From the NCBI RefSeq assembly GCF_001194135.2, contig NC_069003.1, positions 24,561,727-24,615,594 on the forward strand: a stretch of 53,868 nucleotides of DNA, read 5' to 3'. This document shows positions 25,324 through 36,750 of the stretch, one piece after another. The notes under the pieces are model-generated. The model ran no database searches. It saw only the letters and a program-made list of their open reading frames with translations, and was not told the DNA's origin. The position numbers were made by a program, and so were the translations under genes. Source of the stretch: Octopus bimaculoides (lineage: Eukaryota). Positions within the stretch are counted from its first letter, which is position 1, and each line of letters begins with the position of its first letter.

Positions 25324-27286
25324 GAAAAATGTATAAACAAACAACGTAACATATACTAAATGTAAAAACGAACAGGAGAAAAACGGAAAGTCCATAATTC
25401 TTCATGAGTCTGTGCTCTGACAATGAATTTCCAGGGTGACCAATACATTTTCACAATTCAGGTATTTGACACAATAAATCATATTTCTGCCTCTCAAATT
25501 CATATTTGCATTTGTAAATATTCACTTCTAGTGTTTGTGTTGATATATTGGTTTCAAATTTTAGTACAAGGCCAACAATTTCAGGGGAGAGATTAAATCG
25601 ATTAAATCAACCCCCAGTGCTCAACTGGTACATATTTTATCAACTCCAAAAGGATGGAATGCAAAGTCAACCACAGCAGAATTTGAACTCAGAAAGTAAA
25701 GGCAGATAAGAAGCTGCTAAAGTGCCTTGCCCAGAATGCTAACAATTCTGCCAGCTCCCTGCTTTTTTGGGTTAATATATTAACCATCATGAGTAAACTG
25801 ACAGATACCATAACAATTATCATCACACTTCGATACTGTGAACTTTTTATCATTAATTTACAGATAAAAATTTGCCTTTGCCAGCAAGTATTTCAAATTC
25901 TTTGGTTGTTGTTTGCTTTGAACAGGCACTGTATCTTTCATTAAAGCAGTTAATTTAACATGTTATCTGATAATAAGCAAATTTGATGTAATGTTAAAAA
26001 CATTCTCTGTAGGAGTGGCTGTGTGGTAAGTAGCTTGTTTACCAACCACATGGTTCCGGGTTCAGTCCCACTGCGTGGCATCTTGGGCAAGTGTCTTCTA
26101 CTATAGCCTCAGGCTTTGCTTTATGCATGTATTCTCATGCATACTGTTGCATGTCTAGACATGCACATATATACTTAAATGATAAATTTCTGGAAAGTTC
26201 TACTAATTTTTACAATTCCAATGATGGCTTGGATCTGTAGACTTCAAATCAGCTTTCTCCTTTCTGGTTTTGAGAAGCCTAATTTCTCAAGATTGGAACT
26301 TAGGCAGTGTGTTACATATCCAAGTGCCCCAGTAATTACAGGTATAAACCTGAACCTGTGATCTGGATAGAGTAGCTGTAAATTCCTCAATAGTTCAGCA
26401 TAGGTATTTTCTATTTAGATGATCTTTAGTCTTAGACATTTTGCAAACAACTTACACATCCAAGTGCTATCAGTCGAAAGTTCTGCATACCGAAAGTCAG
26501 CAAGTGTATGGGGTCATCAGGAGAATGCACACCCTTTTGGGGCCTGCCTCTCGATGGCATCATTGCACACCACCCCGTCCCCTTCACTGATATGAAGCCC
26601 CACCTGCTAGACCAACTGGTTATCAAATAAAGCTCAATATTTTTCTAGCCATCGCTCATCGTCTCTTTTTAACCAAATTCAGTAGCTAGCCTTTTCCCCT
26701 GTGGTTTGGATAGCGTTCACTTTATGATGAGGTAAGCCTAACAATAACAACAGATGCCTCATACTCTGACCAACAAATCTTCTACATCCGACTTCAATTA
26801 GAAAATGCTCCACTTTCCAGCCTGCACTGTTTGCAGTGGCTTTTTGATCAGACTTACAGTGACATATTTGCAGCAGTATTTTCCATGATGCTAGTGTAGC
26901 ACTTGCAGTTCTGTTTGAGGTGGTGTTTTGCAATGGTGCTGTTTGTAATAGTATTGGAGGTAGTATTTTGTAATGGTGTTGTTTGCAGTGTTGTTTGCAG
27001 TGGTGTTTGTAGCAGTATTTCTAGTGTTAATTTTAGGTTATTATGCTGTTGATAGTGATGGGTTGCCAGACGTAGTTATTTGACAGAAGAGATGATCTCC
27101 TGTCAACAACACAGAGTAAATGATGAGAAACAGTGAAAATACCAAATGAAAGAACATTCCAAAGTACTCCCAGAGAGAATTGCCTTACCTTGTAGTCTGG
27201 CTTCCATCTCCAACTTCTGCATTTGGGCCAACACATCAGCTCTTTGACCTCCATTCTTCATATATTCATCTTTTAAGTTTCTGCCA

Positions 27287-27345
<59 letters not shown>

Positions 27346-28171
27346 GCGTTAGGAAGGGCATCCAGCTGTAGAAACTCTGCCAAATCAGACTGGAGCCTGG
27401 TGTTGCCATCCGGTTTCACCAGTCCTCAGTCAAATCGTCCAACCCATGCTAGCATGGAAAGCGGACGTTAAACGATGATGATGATGATGATGATGTATGT
27501 ATATGCATGTATGTATGTATATATAAATATTCATATAGATAGAAAGATGAATGGATGGGTGGGTGGGTAGAATGACAGACAGATAGACATAGATTGACAG
27601 ACAGACAAAGATACATTCCTGTGCAAGTGGCACATAAAAAACACCACTTGAGCATGGCTGTTGCCAGTACCACCTGACTGGCCCTCATGCCGGTGGCATG
27701 TAAAAGCACCCACTACACTCTCGGAGTGGTTGACGTTAGGAAGGGCATCCATCTGTAGAAACTCTGCCAGATCAGATTGGAGCCTAGTGCAGCCATCTGG
27801 TTCGCCAGTCCTCAGTCAAATCGTCCAACCCATGCCAGCATGGAAAGCAGACGTTAAATGATGATGATGATACACATATATATAAATATAGATATATACA
27901 CACACATTATATATATATAAATCATCTATATATATACATTATATATATATATATAAATTATATATGTATACACATTATATATATATATTTATATATATAT
28001 ACACACATATATATATAGATTAACACAATAAATATCTGATTAATAATATGTGTTATCATGATTGTGCGGTGGTGGTGGGCGATAATAATTCACCGTTGTA
28101 AAAGACCAGTGGCGGGAATACTTAAATTTTTGCGGCTGTCAACGCTTTCTCTCTATAGATACAGACAGACG

Positions 28172-28207
<36 letters not shown>

Positions 28208-29198
28208 GTGGGAGAAAGAGTGACAGAGAGATGGCGAAGGTGGAGAGGGAAAGAGAGTGGTGGAAAGAGAAGAGGGAAAGAGCGAAGACGGAGAGGGAAA
28301 GAGAGTGGTGGAAAGGGNNNNNNNNNNNNNNNNNNNNNNNNNNNNNNNNNNNNNNNNNNNNNNNNNNNNNNNNNNNNNNNNNNNNNNNNNNNNNNNNNNN
28401 NNNNNNNNNNNNNNNNNNNNNNNNNNNNNNNNNNNNNNNNNNNNNNNNNNNNNNNNNNNNNNNNNNNNNNNNNNNNNNNNNNNNNNNNNNNNNNNNNNNN
28501 NNNNNNNNNNNNNNNNNNNNNNNNNNNNNNNNNNNNNNNNNNNNNNNNNNNNNNNNNNNNNNNNNNNNNNNNNNNNNNNNNNNNNNNNNNNNNNAGAGGG
28601 AAAGAGCGAAGGCGGAGAGGGAAAGAGCGAAGGCGGAGAGGGAAAGAGCGAAGGCGGAGAGGGAAAGAGAGTGGTGGAAAGGGAAGAGGGAAAGAGCGAA
28701 GGCGGAGAGGGAAAGAGAGTGGTGGAAAGAGAAGAGGGAAAGAGCGAAGGCGGAGAGGGAAAGAGAGTGGTGGAAAGGGAAGAGGGAAAGAGTGAAGGCG
28801 GAGAGGGAAAGAGAGTGGTGGAAAGGGAAGAGGGAAAGAGCGAAGGCGGAGAAGGTTAGTGAGTGGAAGCTGTCAAACGTCGTTATGGAGGGAAAGAGGA
28901 GGGAAGGGAGGGAAGAAAGAGATCGAGGAAGACAGGGTGATATCCGAAAGAGAGAAATGACAAACACTTGTTAAAGTCTGGGTTAGGTTGCCCTAGTAAC
29001 CACAGCTTTTGAGATGGAGATTTCTAGCCTAGTCAGGTCGCTTCCTCGCCTCATTTTACATGTCCCTGTAAATTATCGTCGCAGTCCGAGCACGCCTACT
29101 GCCATTGAACCCTGCATAACCAGTAAATGGAACACGGAAACATGCAACTAACAGCCATTTCACTTTTATATATAGATACATATATATATATATATATA

Positions 29199-29247
<49 letters not shown>

Positions 29248-29914
29248 NNNNNNNNNNNNNNNNNNNNNNNNNNNNNNNNNNNNNNNNNNNNNNNNNNNNN
29301 NNNNNNNNNNNNNNNNNNNNNNNNNNNNNNNNNNNNNNNNNNNNNNNNNNNNNNNNNNNNNNNNNNNNNNNNNNNNNNNNNNNNNNNNNNNNNNNNNNNN
29401 NNNNNNNNNNNNNNNNNNNNNNNNNNNNNNNNNNNNNNNNNNNNNNNNNNNNNNNNNNNNNNNNNNNNNNNNNNNNNNNNNNNNNNNNNNNNNNNNNNNN
29501 NNNNNNNNNNNNNNNNNNNNNNNNNNNNNNNNNNNNNNNNNNNNNNNNNNNNNNNNNNNNNNNNNNNNNNNNNNNNNNNNNNNNNNNNNNNNNNNNNNNN
29601 NNNNNNNNNNNNNNNNNNNNNNNNNNNNNNNNNNNNNNNNNNNNNNNNNNNNNNNNNNNNNNNNNNNNNNNNNNNNNNNNNNNNNNNNNNNNNNNNNNNN
29701 NNNNNNNNNNNNNNNNNNNNNNNNNNNNNNNNNNNNNNNNNNNNNNNNNNNNNNNNNNNNNNNNNNNNNNNNNNNNNNNNNNNNNNNNNNNNNNNNNNNN
29801 NNNTATATATATATATTAAATATATATATATATATACATATATGTGTATATTTGAATACATACATACATATATACATATATATATATGCATATATTTAAA
29901 TATACACATATATG

Positions 29915-29946
<32 letters not shown>

Positions 29947-29970
29947 TGTATTCAAATATACACATATATG

Positions 29971-30001
<31 letters not shown>

Positions 30002-32098
30002 GCACTTACCAAACTGGTTTCTAATCAAGGAGTCATAAATTATAAATTTATAAACCAGTGACAATGCCATTCTCCCTTGGCCTGTTCTGCAACAAATTAT
30101 GAAAAACAGTTATAATGTCACATGGATAATGCATATATTCTAAATGGTTTGCCTGTTGTTCAATAAAGAAAGAAAGAAAGAAAGAAGAACGGTGGTGGTG
30201 GTGGTGTCTGTCTCCTTGTCTTGGCATTGCATAATTTTGTAAATGAACATCATTCACTTCTGATATTCAGCGGAAACATGCATGACCATCAGGAAATATC
30301 ACTTTACTTGGAAAAAGATGAGCGTTGGTGACGGGAAAGGCATCCAGCCATAGAAAATTTTCCTCAATAAATTCCCATCCAGTCCATGCAAGCATGGAAA
30401 AGTGGATGTTAAATTAATGATGATGATGAGGATGGTGTGTGTGTGCATGCCTGCGTGTGTGTGTACACACACACACACACACATATATATAAGGTGGTGC
30501 TAGAAATTCCTGACTTTGGGTAAAAGAAAATACAGGAGGATCAGTTAATTATGATTTTATTTTTAGCAGATTCACACACTTATTGCAGCGCCCCCTACAG
30601 TTTTTCTAAGCTCTATCAGAGAACTTGGAGTGTTGGGCCTGCAGCCAGACTCTTAAAGTCAGCAAATTTTCAATACTTCCTCATATGTGTGTGTGTGGAT
30701 GAGTGTGCCTGTGAGTGTGTGNNNNNNNNNNNNNNNNNNNNNNNNNNNNNNNNNNNNNNNNNNNNNNNNNNNNNNNNNNNNNNNNNNNNNNNNNNNNNNN
30801 NNNNNNNNNNNNNNNNNNNNNNNNNNNNNNNNNNNNNNNNNNNNNNNNNNNNNNNNNNNNNNNNNNNNNNNNNNNNNNNNNNNNNNNNNNNNNNNNNNNN
30901 NNNNNNNNNNNNNNNNNNNNNNNNNNNNNNNNNNNNNNNNNNNNNNNNNNNNNNNNNNNNNNNNNNNNNNNNNNNNNNNNNNNNNNNNNNNNNNNNNNNN
31001 NNNNNNNNNNNNNNNNNNNNNNNNNNNNNNNNNNNNNNNNNNNNNNNNNNNNNNNNNNNNNNNNNNNNNNNNNNNNNNNNNNNNNNNNNNNNNNNNNNNN
31101 NNNNNNNNNNNNNNNNNNNNNNNNNNNNNNNNNNNNNNNNNNNNNNNNNNNNNNNNNNNNNNNNNNNNNNNNNNNNNNNNNNNNNNNNNNGAGAGAGGTG
31201 TTTAATAGCTGCAGCACTCACTTGATGTGTTGATAGACAGTATCCTCTGGTCTTTGGATCTTCCTTTCGTCTCTAGAGCGACCAAAATACAAAGATTGGA
31301 TACTTTTTATCATTTCAAGTATTGATAAGATAAATAATATCAAATATAGAATTGTTTCCGTCAGTTATACCCAGGCAAATCAAAATCAAGATATTCATTG
31401 CAACTGTCGAATTGGTGCTGCTGTATGGCAGTGAAACATGGACACTGACAAAGAAATTATCAAAAGGCTAAATGGATGCTACACAAGAATGCTATGAATG
31501 GCCCTCAATGTGAAATGGCACCAACATATGACGAATGAATGCTAACTGCCGAAAGTTAGCGAGAAGATCAGGCAAAGATGGTTGCAACTATCTCGTCATT
31601 TAGTAAAATAACTTAGTTATCATTAAGCTAGTGTTAGGAACCTAGATTGTGACTAAGGTTTGGTGGAAGATTTTAATTCAAAACTTATGAAAACAAGACA
31701 TTTGTACTACAGAGCCAGAGCCGGTTTCGACCAGATTGGTATTGAAAGGGTTAAATAAAACTTAAAGGAATTAATACATACATACATACATACATATACA
31801 CATGCATACATAAATGCATATATACATACATAGATGTGTACATACATACACACACATTCATACATTCACACACGTACATACTTACATGCTCAAAGAATCT
31901 ACTATGAAAAGAATAATGTGTACCTTGATCTGTGAACATGTTTACTCAATTTGGACTTTTGGTTGTTATCCAATTTTGATTCCAGTTTGTTGAGCATAGC
32001 AGCTTTCCTTGCATTTGCTGTTTGACTGATTGGCTCAACATTTGTCAAGCCAACTGGAAGAGAAGTCACACCCAACTCTGCAAAACTTTTCCGAAGGT
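15599..32098 (-). CDS. CCDC17: CCDC17-like multi-exon gene (partial; N-terminus and last exon uncertain), 10 exons, ~422 aa
   Basis: join(complement) 31924-32098, 31222-31272, 27189-27280, 23486-23572, 21954-22079, 20719-20861, 19194-19240, 17737-17964, 16483-16702, 15599-15697 = 1268 nt. All GT-AG, phases chain with no stop. Peptides [68 protein letters not shown] and AELYYEI match my recollection of human CCDC17 (LREAYIRDGG..VLGQIWQLQVEA, GLVIFYDFLRGL, RQPVPR..LVCELQ, AW..LF..GRWRLPLRALP, AELFLRL) in the same order. Symbol from memory, not a search. Confidence 0.8.
16483..16702 (-). CDS. CCDC17: CCDC17-like exon (2 to 0) [14 protein letters not shown]...[27 protein letters not shown]...RNQ
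   Basis: Long pyrimidine tract + tctag acceptor, CAG|gtaggt donor, 220 nt. An in-frame alternative acceptor (ctacag) lies 12 nt downstream. Confidence 0.85.
16942..17256. mobile_element. hAT (Charlie-type) MITE
   Basis: TIR CAG(A/G)GGTTTTCAAAC, 8-bp TSD ATCTAGGT (16934-16941 / 17257-17264), internal ~24-bp duplication. Confidence 0.9.
17737..17964 (-). CDS. CCDC17: CCDC17-like exon (2 to 2) [17 protein letters not shown]...FVNKQIVPR
   Basis: ttcttcag acceptor, AAG|gtatta donor, 228 nt, start of C2-like region. Confidence 0.85.
18890..19135 (-). mobile_element. RLE-type LINE (HERO/NeSL-like) 3' fragment
   Basis: [18 protein letters not shown]; paralogous to 26470-26830. Confidence 0.55.
19194..19240 (-). 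CDS. CCDC17: CCDC17-like exon (0 to 2) [15 protein letters not shown]
   Basis: aatag acceptor, CAG|gtatgt donor, 47 nt; supplies exactly the phase change needed between its neighbours. Confidence 0.65.
19975..20600 (-). mobile_element. RTE LINE reverse-transcriptase fragment
   Basis: [40 protein letters not shown] plus upstream [13 protein letters not shown]. Related pieces at 41885-42000 and 42160-42400. Confidence 0.85.
20719..20861 (-). CDS. CCDC17: CCDC17-like exon (1 to 0) [48 protein letters not shown]
   Basis: AAG acceptor, CAG|gtgagg donor, 143 nt, coiled coil. Confidence 0.75.
21954..22079 (-). CDS. CCDC17: CCDC17-like exon (1 to 1) [42 protein letters not shown]
   Basis: gtgcag acceptor, AAG|gtaagg donor, 126 nt, coiled-coil character. 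Confidence 0.8.
23486..23572 (-). CDS. CCDC17: CCDC17-like exon (1 to 1) [29 protein letters not shown]
   Basis: ttacag acceptor, AAG|gtaaaa donor, 87 nt. Confidence 0.75.
23613..23900. repeat. 131-bp inverted repeat with 26-nt spacer (fold-back within a dispersed repeat)
   Basis: Arms 23613-23743 and 23770-23900 differ at 2 positions. Confidence 0.95.
24356..25290 (+). mobile_element. Tc1 element (degraded, central gap)
   Basis: 28-bp TIRs CAG(A/G)GGTTGGACAAAATAAT(C/G)GAAACAC, TA at left; C-terminus [30 protein letters not shown]. Confidence 0.85.
26175..26450 (-). mobile_element. RLE-type LINE (R4/Dong-like) C-terminal fragment
   Basis: [47 protein letters not shown]. Confidence 0.6.
26470..26830 (-). 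mobile_element. RLE-type LINE (HERO/NeSL-like) 3' fragment
   Basis: [34 protein letters not shown]. Confidence 0.65.
27189..27280 (-). CDS. CCDC17: CCDC17-like exon (2 to 1) [30 protein letters not shown]
   Basis: ggcag acceptor, AAG|gtaagg donor, 92 nt; recognisable CCDC17 motif. Confidence 0.85.
27345..27870 (+). mobile_element. two tandem RTE-like 3' tails ending in (GAT)n
   Basis: ggcgttaggaagggcatccagctgtagaa...gacgttaaacgatgatgat. Other copies at 30295-30430(+), 32290-32772(+), 40115-40230(-), 41460-41870(-), 18490-18540(-). Confidence 0.7.
28234..28855. repeat. polypurine minisatellite of 21-nt and 27-nt units (gap inside)
   Basis: Units AGAGGGAAAGAGCGAAGGCGG and AGAGGGAAAGAGAGTGGTGGAAAGGGA. 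Confidence 0.95.
28987..29000. promoter_or_regulatory. X-box match GTTGCCCTAGTAAC in a CCDC17 intron
   Basis: Fits GTNRCC-N2-RGYAAC; lies in a CpG-containing non-repeat patch (28860-29160). Confidence 0.35.
30490..30660 (-). mobile_element. mariner 3' end with TIR
   Basis: TA + aaggtggtgctagaaattcc; homologous to 148-292. Confidence 0.7.
31222..31272 (-). CDS. CCDC17: CCDC17-like exon (2 to 2) [18 protein letters not shown]
   Basis: ctctag acceptor, CAA|gtgagt donor, 51 nt; phases fit both neighbours. Confidence 0.65.
31355..31600 (+). mobile_element. RTE LINE fragment
   Basis: [32 protein letters not shown]. Confidence 0.8.
31612..31755. mobile_element. piggyBac-like MITE end
   Basis: Ends gaaaggg|ttaa (TTAA + CCC on the reverse strand); the other end was not found. 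Confidence 0.4.
31924..32098 (-). CDS. CCDC17: CCDC17-like exon (phase 1 to 2) [11 protein letters not shown]...[11 protein letters not shown]
   Basis: tttcag acceptor, AAG|gtacac donor, 175 nt open. An alternative donor at 31946 would break phase with the next exon. Confidence 0.65.
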
Positions 32099-33236
32099 CT
32101 GAAATATATTAATGTTTGATTATCATACGAGTAAAAAATTGTTTTGTTAGTGTGGGTTTAGCCCAAGGTTTGTTGTGTTATATTAGTGTTTGTTCTGTTG
32201 TGTTTGGTGTATGAAACAAGAGTTGTGTAATTTCATTTGGCATTAACCTTGTACAGTATATGTTGTATAAAATGTATTCTTTCAATTTACTTGGATAATT
32301 ATTGTACAGTATGTAGCACTAAGAGCACCGTCCGAGCGTGATCGTTGCCAGAGCACCAGCTGTTTGGCTTCCGAACCGGTGGCACGTGGATGGCACCACT
32401 TCAGTGTGATCGTTACCAATGTCACCTTCTTGGCACTTGTGCCAGTGGCACGTGAAAAGACATTCAAGCAAGATCATTGCCGCTGGACTGGCTCCTGTGC
32501 AGGTGGCACATAAAATACACCATTTTGAGCGTGGCCGTTGCCAGTACCGCCTGACTAGTTTTCGTGCCAGTGGCACGTAAAAGCACCCACTACACTCTCG
32601 GAGTGGTTGGCGTTAGGAAGGGCATCCAGCTGTAGAAACTCTGCCAAATCAGATTGGAGCCTGGTGTAGCCATCTGGTTTCACCAGTCCTCAGTCAAATC
32701 GTCTAACCCATGCTAGCATGGAAAGCGGACGTTAAACGATGATGATGGTGATGATGATGATGATGATGATGATGTGTGTATTGTGTGTAAAGATTATTCT
32801 GTTCGGAGCTGTGCTGTTGAATTAAGGTGAAATAAACATCAGAGATGCTTTGCCCCATTCAAAACCTGCAGGAGCTGCTCAAAGATATTTGCAAATCCAT
32901 AGAAACCCTTCCATATCATCAGCATTTCGCTCCTCGGCCTATACACTTCACCTGGATGGGGCAGTGAGAACTGAGCTAGTCTCCACCTCCAGAAGGGTTC
33001 TACTTGCTGTCTCTTGTCAACCAGAGCCATCTTGAGCTACTTTCAGCTGCTATGCATATTTCCTTGATGTGAATAGGCACTGAAGTGGCTGTGTGCTAAG
33101 AGGCTTGCTTCCCAACCACATGGTTCCGGGTTCAGTCCCACTGCATGGCACATTGGTCAAGTGTCTTCTGCTATACCCTCAGGCTGACCAAAGCCTTGTG
33201 AGTGGATTTGGGAGATGGAAACTGAAAGAAGCCCAT

Positions 33237-33271
<35 letters not shown>

Positions 33272-34129
33272 NNNNNNNNNNNNNNNNNNNNNNNNNNNNN
33301 NNNNNNNNNNNNNNNNNNNNNNNNNNNNNNNNNNNNNNNNNNNNNNNNNNNNNNNNNNNNNNNNNNNNNNNNNNNNNNNNNNNNNNNNNNNNNNNNNNNN
33401 NNNNNNNNNNNNNNNNNNNNNNNNNNNNNNNNNNNNNNNNNNNNNNNNNNNNNNNNNNNNNNNNNNNNNNNNNNNNNNNNNNNNNNNNNNNNNNNNNNNN
33501 NNNNNNNNNNNNNNNNNNNNNNNNNNNNNNNNNNNNNNNNNNNNNNNNNNNNNNNNNNNNNNNNNNNNNNNNNNNNNNNNNNNNNNNNNNNNNNNNNNNN
33601 NNNNNNNNNNNNNNNNNNNNNNNNNNNNNNNNNNNNNNNNNNNNNNNNNNNNNNNNNNNNNNNNNNNNNNNNNNNNNNNNNNNNNNNNNNNNNNNNNNNN
33701 NNNNNNNNNNNNNNNNNNNNNNNNNNNNNNNNNNNNNNNNNNNNNNNNNNNNNNNNNNNNNNNNNNNNNNNNNNNNNNNNNNNNNNNNNNNNNNNNNNNN
33801 NNNNNNNNNNNNNNNNNNNNNNNNNNNNNNNNNNNNNNNNNNNNNNNNNNNNNNNNNNNNNNNNNNNNNNNNNNNNNNNNNNNNNNNNNNNNNNNNNNNN
33901 NNNNNNNNNNNNNNNNNNNNNNNNNNNNNNNNNNNNNNNNNNNNNNNNNNNNNNNNNNNNNNNNNNNNNNNNNNNNNNNNNNNNNNNNNNNNNNNNNNNN
34001 NNNNNNNNNNNNNNNNNNNNNNNNNNNNNNNNNNNNNNNNNNNNNNNNNNNNNNNNNNNNNNNNNNNNNNNNNNNNNNNNNNNNNNNNNNNNNNNNNNNN
34101 NNNNNNNNNNNNNNNNNNNNNNNNNNATG

Positions 34130-34196
<67 letters not shown>

Positions 34197-34496
34197 TGTA
34201 TATATGTATGTATGTATGAATAATAATAATAATAATAATAATACAATTATAGGCACAGCAAAATACACTGTCAAAACAAGGAAGTAAAAATTACATATCA
34301 TTTATTAACATGTTAATAGTGTGCAGAAGTGGATATTATGTTGAAGCTTTATTTTTATTACATTAGGAACAATTTTAAAAAACGACCCCTGTATTCTCTT
34401 CAATCCAATGCGCTTTCAAACATTAGTGAACATGTCTCCTTAGTCCATTAAATCGAAAGTTTACTGTATATAGAAGAGAATCAAAGTATATCGCAC

Positions 34497-34649
34497 CTTC
34501 TTTGTAGGAGAGTGGCCAGGCCATTTGCTGTTACGATGTGTAGAGAGGTAATAGTCAGTATGATATCCCTGTAGAGCTTCGTCAGTGGGGACAGTCATTC
34601 CACAACACTCACTTCTGGTAACCAGGCAATGCAGACTGTAGCATATATA
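34497..34649 (-). CDS. possible upstream exon of the CCDC17-like gene (YICYSLHC..ECCGMTVPTDEALQGYH..)
   Basis: ttttttctgcag acceptor; donors at 34497 (gtgcga) or 34613 (gtgagt). Cys/His content is loosely like the CCDC17 N-terminal zinc finger. The 34497 donor does not join the next found exon in phase (the 34613 donor does), and an exon could hide in the 33272-34126 gap. Confidence 0.3.
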
Positions 34650-35760
34650 CTGCAGAAAAAAGACATCATCAAGCAGAAATGTGGAAAAGAGTCCCAAGAG
34701 AGGGAAAAGATCGATACACAAACCAACAAACTACAGAGCAAACATACACACACAAACAACCACGTGCATGAAGAAACACAAGTGAGTGGATTTGTTAGAC
34801 GGAAACTGAAAGAAGCCCGTCGTATATATGCGTGTGTGTGTGTGTGTGTGTGTGTGNNNNNNNNNNNNNNNNNNNNNNNNNNNNNNNNNNNNNNNNNNNN
34901 NNNNNNNNNNNNNNNNNNNNNNNNNNNNNNNNNNNNNNNNNNNNNNNNNNNNNNNNNNNNNNNNNNNNNNNNNNNNNNNNNNNNNNNNNNNNNNNNNNNN
35001 NNNNNNNNNNNNNNNNNNNNNNNNNNNNNNNNNNNNNNNNNNNNNNNNNNNNNNNNNNNNNNNNNNNNNNNNNNNNNNNNNNNNNNNNNNNNNNNNNNNN
35101 NNNNNNNNNNNNNNNNNNNNNNNNNNNNNNNNNNNNNNNNNNNNNNNNNNNNNNNNNNNNNNNNNNNNNNNNNNNNNNNNNNNNNNNNNNNNNNNNNNNN
35201 NNNNNNNNNNNNNNNNNNNNNNNNNNNNNNNNNNNNNNNNNNNNNNNNNNNNNNNNNNNNNNNNNNNNNNNNNNNNNNNNNNNNNNNNNNNNNNNNNNNN
35301 NNNNNNNNNNNNNNNNNNNNNNNNNNNNNNNNNNNNNNNNNNNNNNNNNNNNNNNNNNNNNNNNNNNNNNNNNNNNNNNNNNNNNNNNNNNNNNNNNNNN
35401 NNNNNNNNNNNNNNNNNNNNNNNNNNNNNNNNNNNNNNNNNNNNNNNNNNNNNNNNNNNNNNNNNNNNNNNNNNNNNNNNNNNNNNNNNNNNNNNNNNNN
35501 NNNNNNNNNNNNNNNNNNNNNNNNNNNNNNNNNNNNNNNNNNNNNNNNNNNNNNNNNNNNNNNNNNNNNNNNNNNNNNNNNNNNNNNNNNNNNNNNNNNN
35601 NNNNNNNNNNNNNNNNNNNNNNNNNNNNNNNNNNNNNNNNNNNNNNNNNNNNNNNNNNNNNNNNNNNNNNNNNNNNNNNNNNNNNNNNNNNNNNNNNNNN
35701 NNNNNNNNNNNNNNNNNNNNNNNNNNNNNNNNNNNNNNNNNNNNNNNNNNNNNNNNNNNN

Positions 35761-36029
35761 GCAAATTTAAAAAGAAAAAAGCAAATAAAACGAAGCTATG
35801 GCTTAATCAGCCAAAGGAGTAAATATAAACAACTGAATACTTGTCAGTGATTGGTTGAAATTATCGAAATAAGACAATTTTTTTACATGAAATAAATTCG
35901 AATACAAAAATATTTTTCTGTTCTATAACACAAAATAGATAAGTATACGAAGTTTGAAAGTCTTTCGGTACCAAAAACACTACGTAAAACATTAATGAAA
36001 AATGTGACCCCCGTTTTAAAAAAGATCCA
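35761..36029. mobile_element. right half of the same MITE family (left part in gap)
   Basis: Near identical to 2020-2368; ends in the TIR. Confidence 0.85.
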
Positions 36030-36334
36030 TGACTTCTCTGTACCAAATGAGATCTCGTTATTTCAATTAACCATTACTAGTATTATCATGTGTAATATAA
36101 TTACTGCTTTAGGTAAAATTTAGTATGTTAATTGTTACCTCACCAACTCCTAAAGCGTAACGCCCTCTTTGACTTACCCTTGGGGACGATGCCACTCACA
36201 TTGAGAACCTCTGCCTTAGAATATACCCACGTGATTCCTGTTATTTCTAGCATACTAAACGACTGCCTAGAGGACGGATGACGTTTGAGTTTGTTTTAGA
36301 AGATAAATATGACTGCGATAAAATAATGATTTCG

Positions 36335-36543
36335 AATTTTTGCCACAAGGGCAGCTTGGGTGAGGGAATTAAGTCGATTACATCGACCCCAGTGCGTACT
36401 GGTTGGTACTTATTTAATCGACCCCGAAAGGATAAAAGGTAAAGTCGACATCAACGCAATTTGAACTCAGAAAGTAGCAACGGACGAAATATCGATAAGC
36501 ATTTCGTCCGGCATGCTAACAATTCTGCCAGCTCGACGCCTTG
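36335..36543 (-). mobile_element. SINE family A
   Basis: Same head, core and tail. Confidence 0.75.
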
Positions 36544-36750
36544 GACTGTAATTAAATAATGAACGAATTATGCTCACTTTTCTACAAAGATTTTTATCAG
36601 AGAATTTTCGGAAAACGATAGAATAGCCGTCAAAAGTAACGTTTTTTTTTTTCTACTTAATTGTAATCTTTATCAAATCGTATGAGGAAACAAAGTCGAT
36701 GTGCGTGAAATGTGAGCCCTCCCATTTCTTTCCACATTAAATTACGATAT

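Noticed and set aside
25868-25935. Candidate GC-donor exon in the CCDC17-like gene
   Set aside because: Flanking exons already join in phase; non-canonical donor with no supporting motif.
28234-28855. CRISPR-like array
   Set aside because: No unique spacers; eukaryotic minisatellite.
32839-33060. ORFs as the missing upstream exon
   Set aside because: The splice-site combinations tried hit stops in the required frame.
36150-36270. ATG-containing minus-strand exon with a strong gtaagt donor
   Set aside because: It overlaps a hAT-like terminus (CAGAGGTTCTCAA); no similarity to the expected N-terminus.
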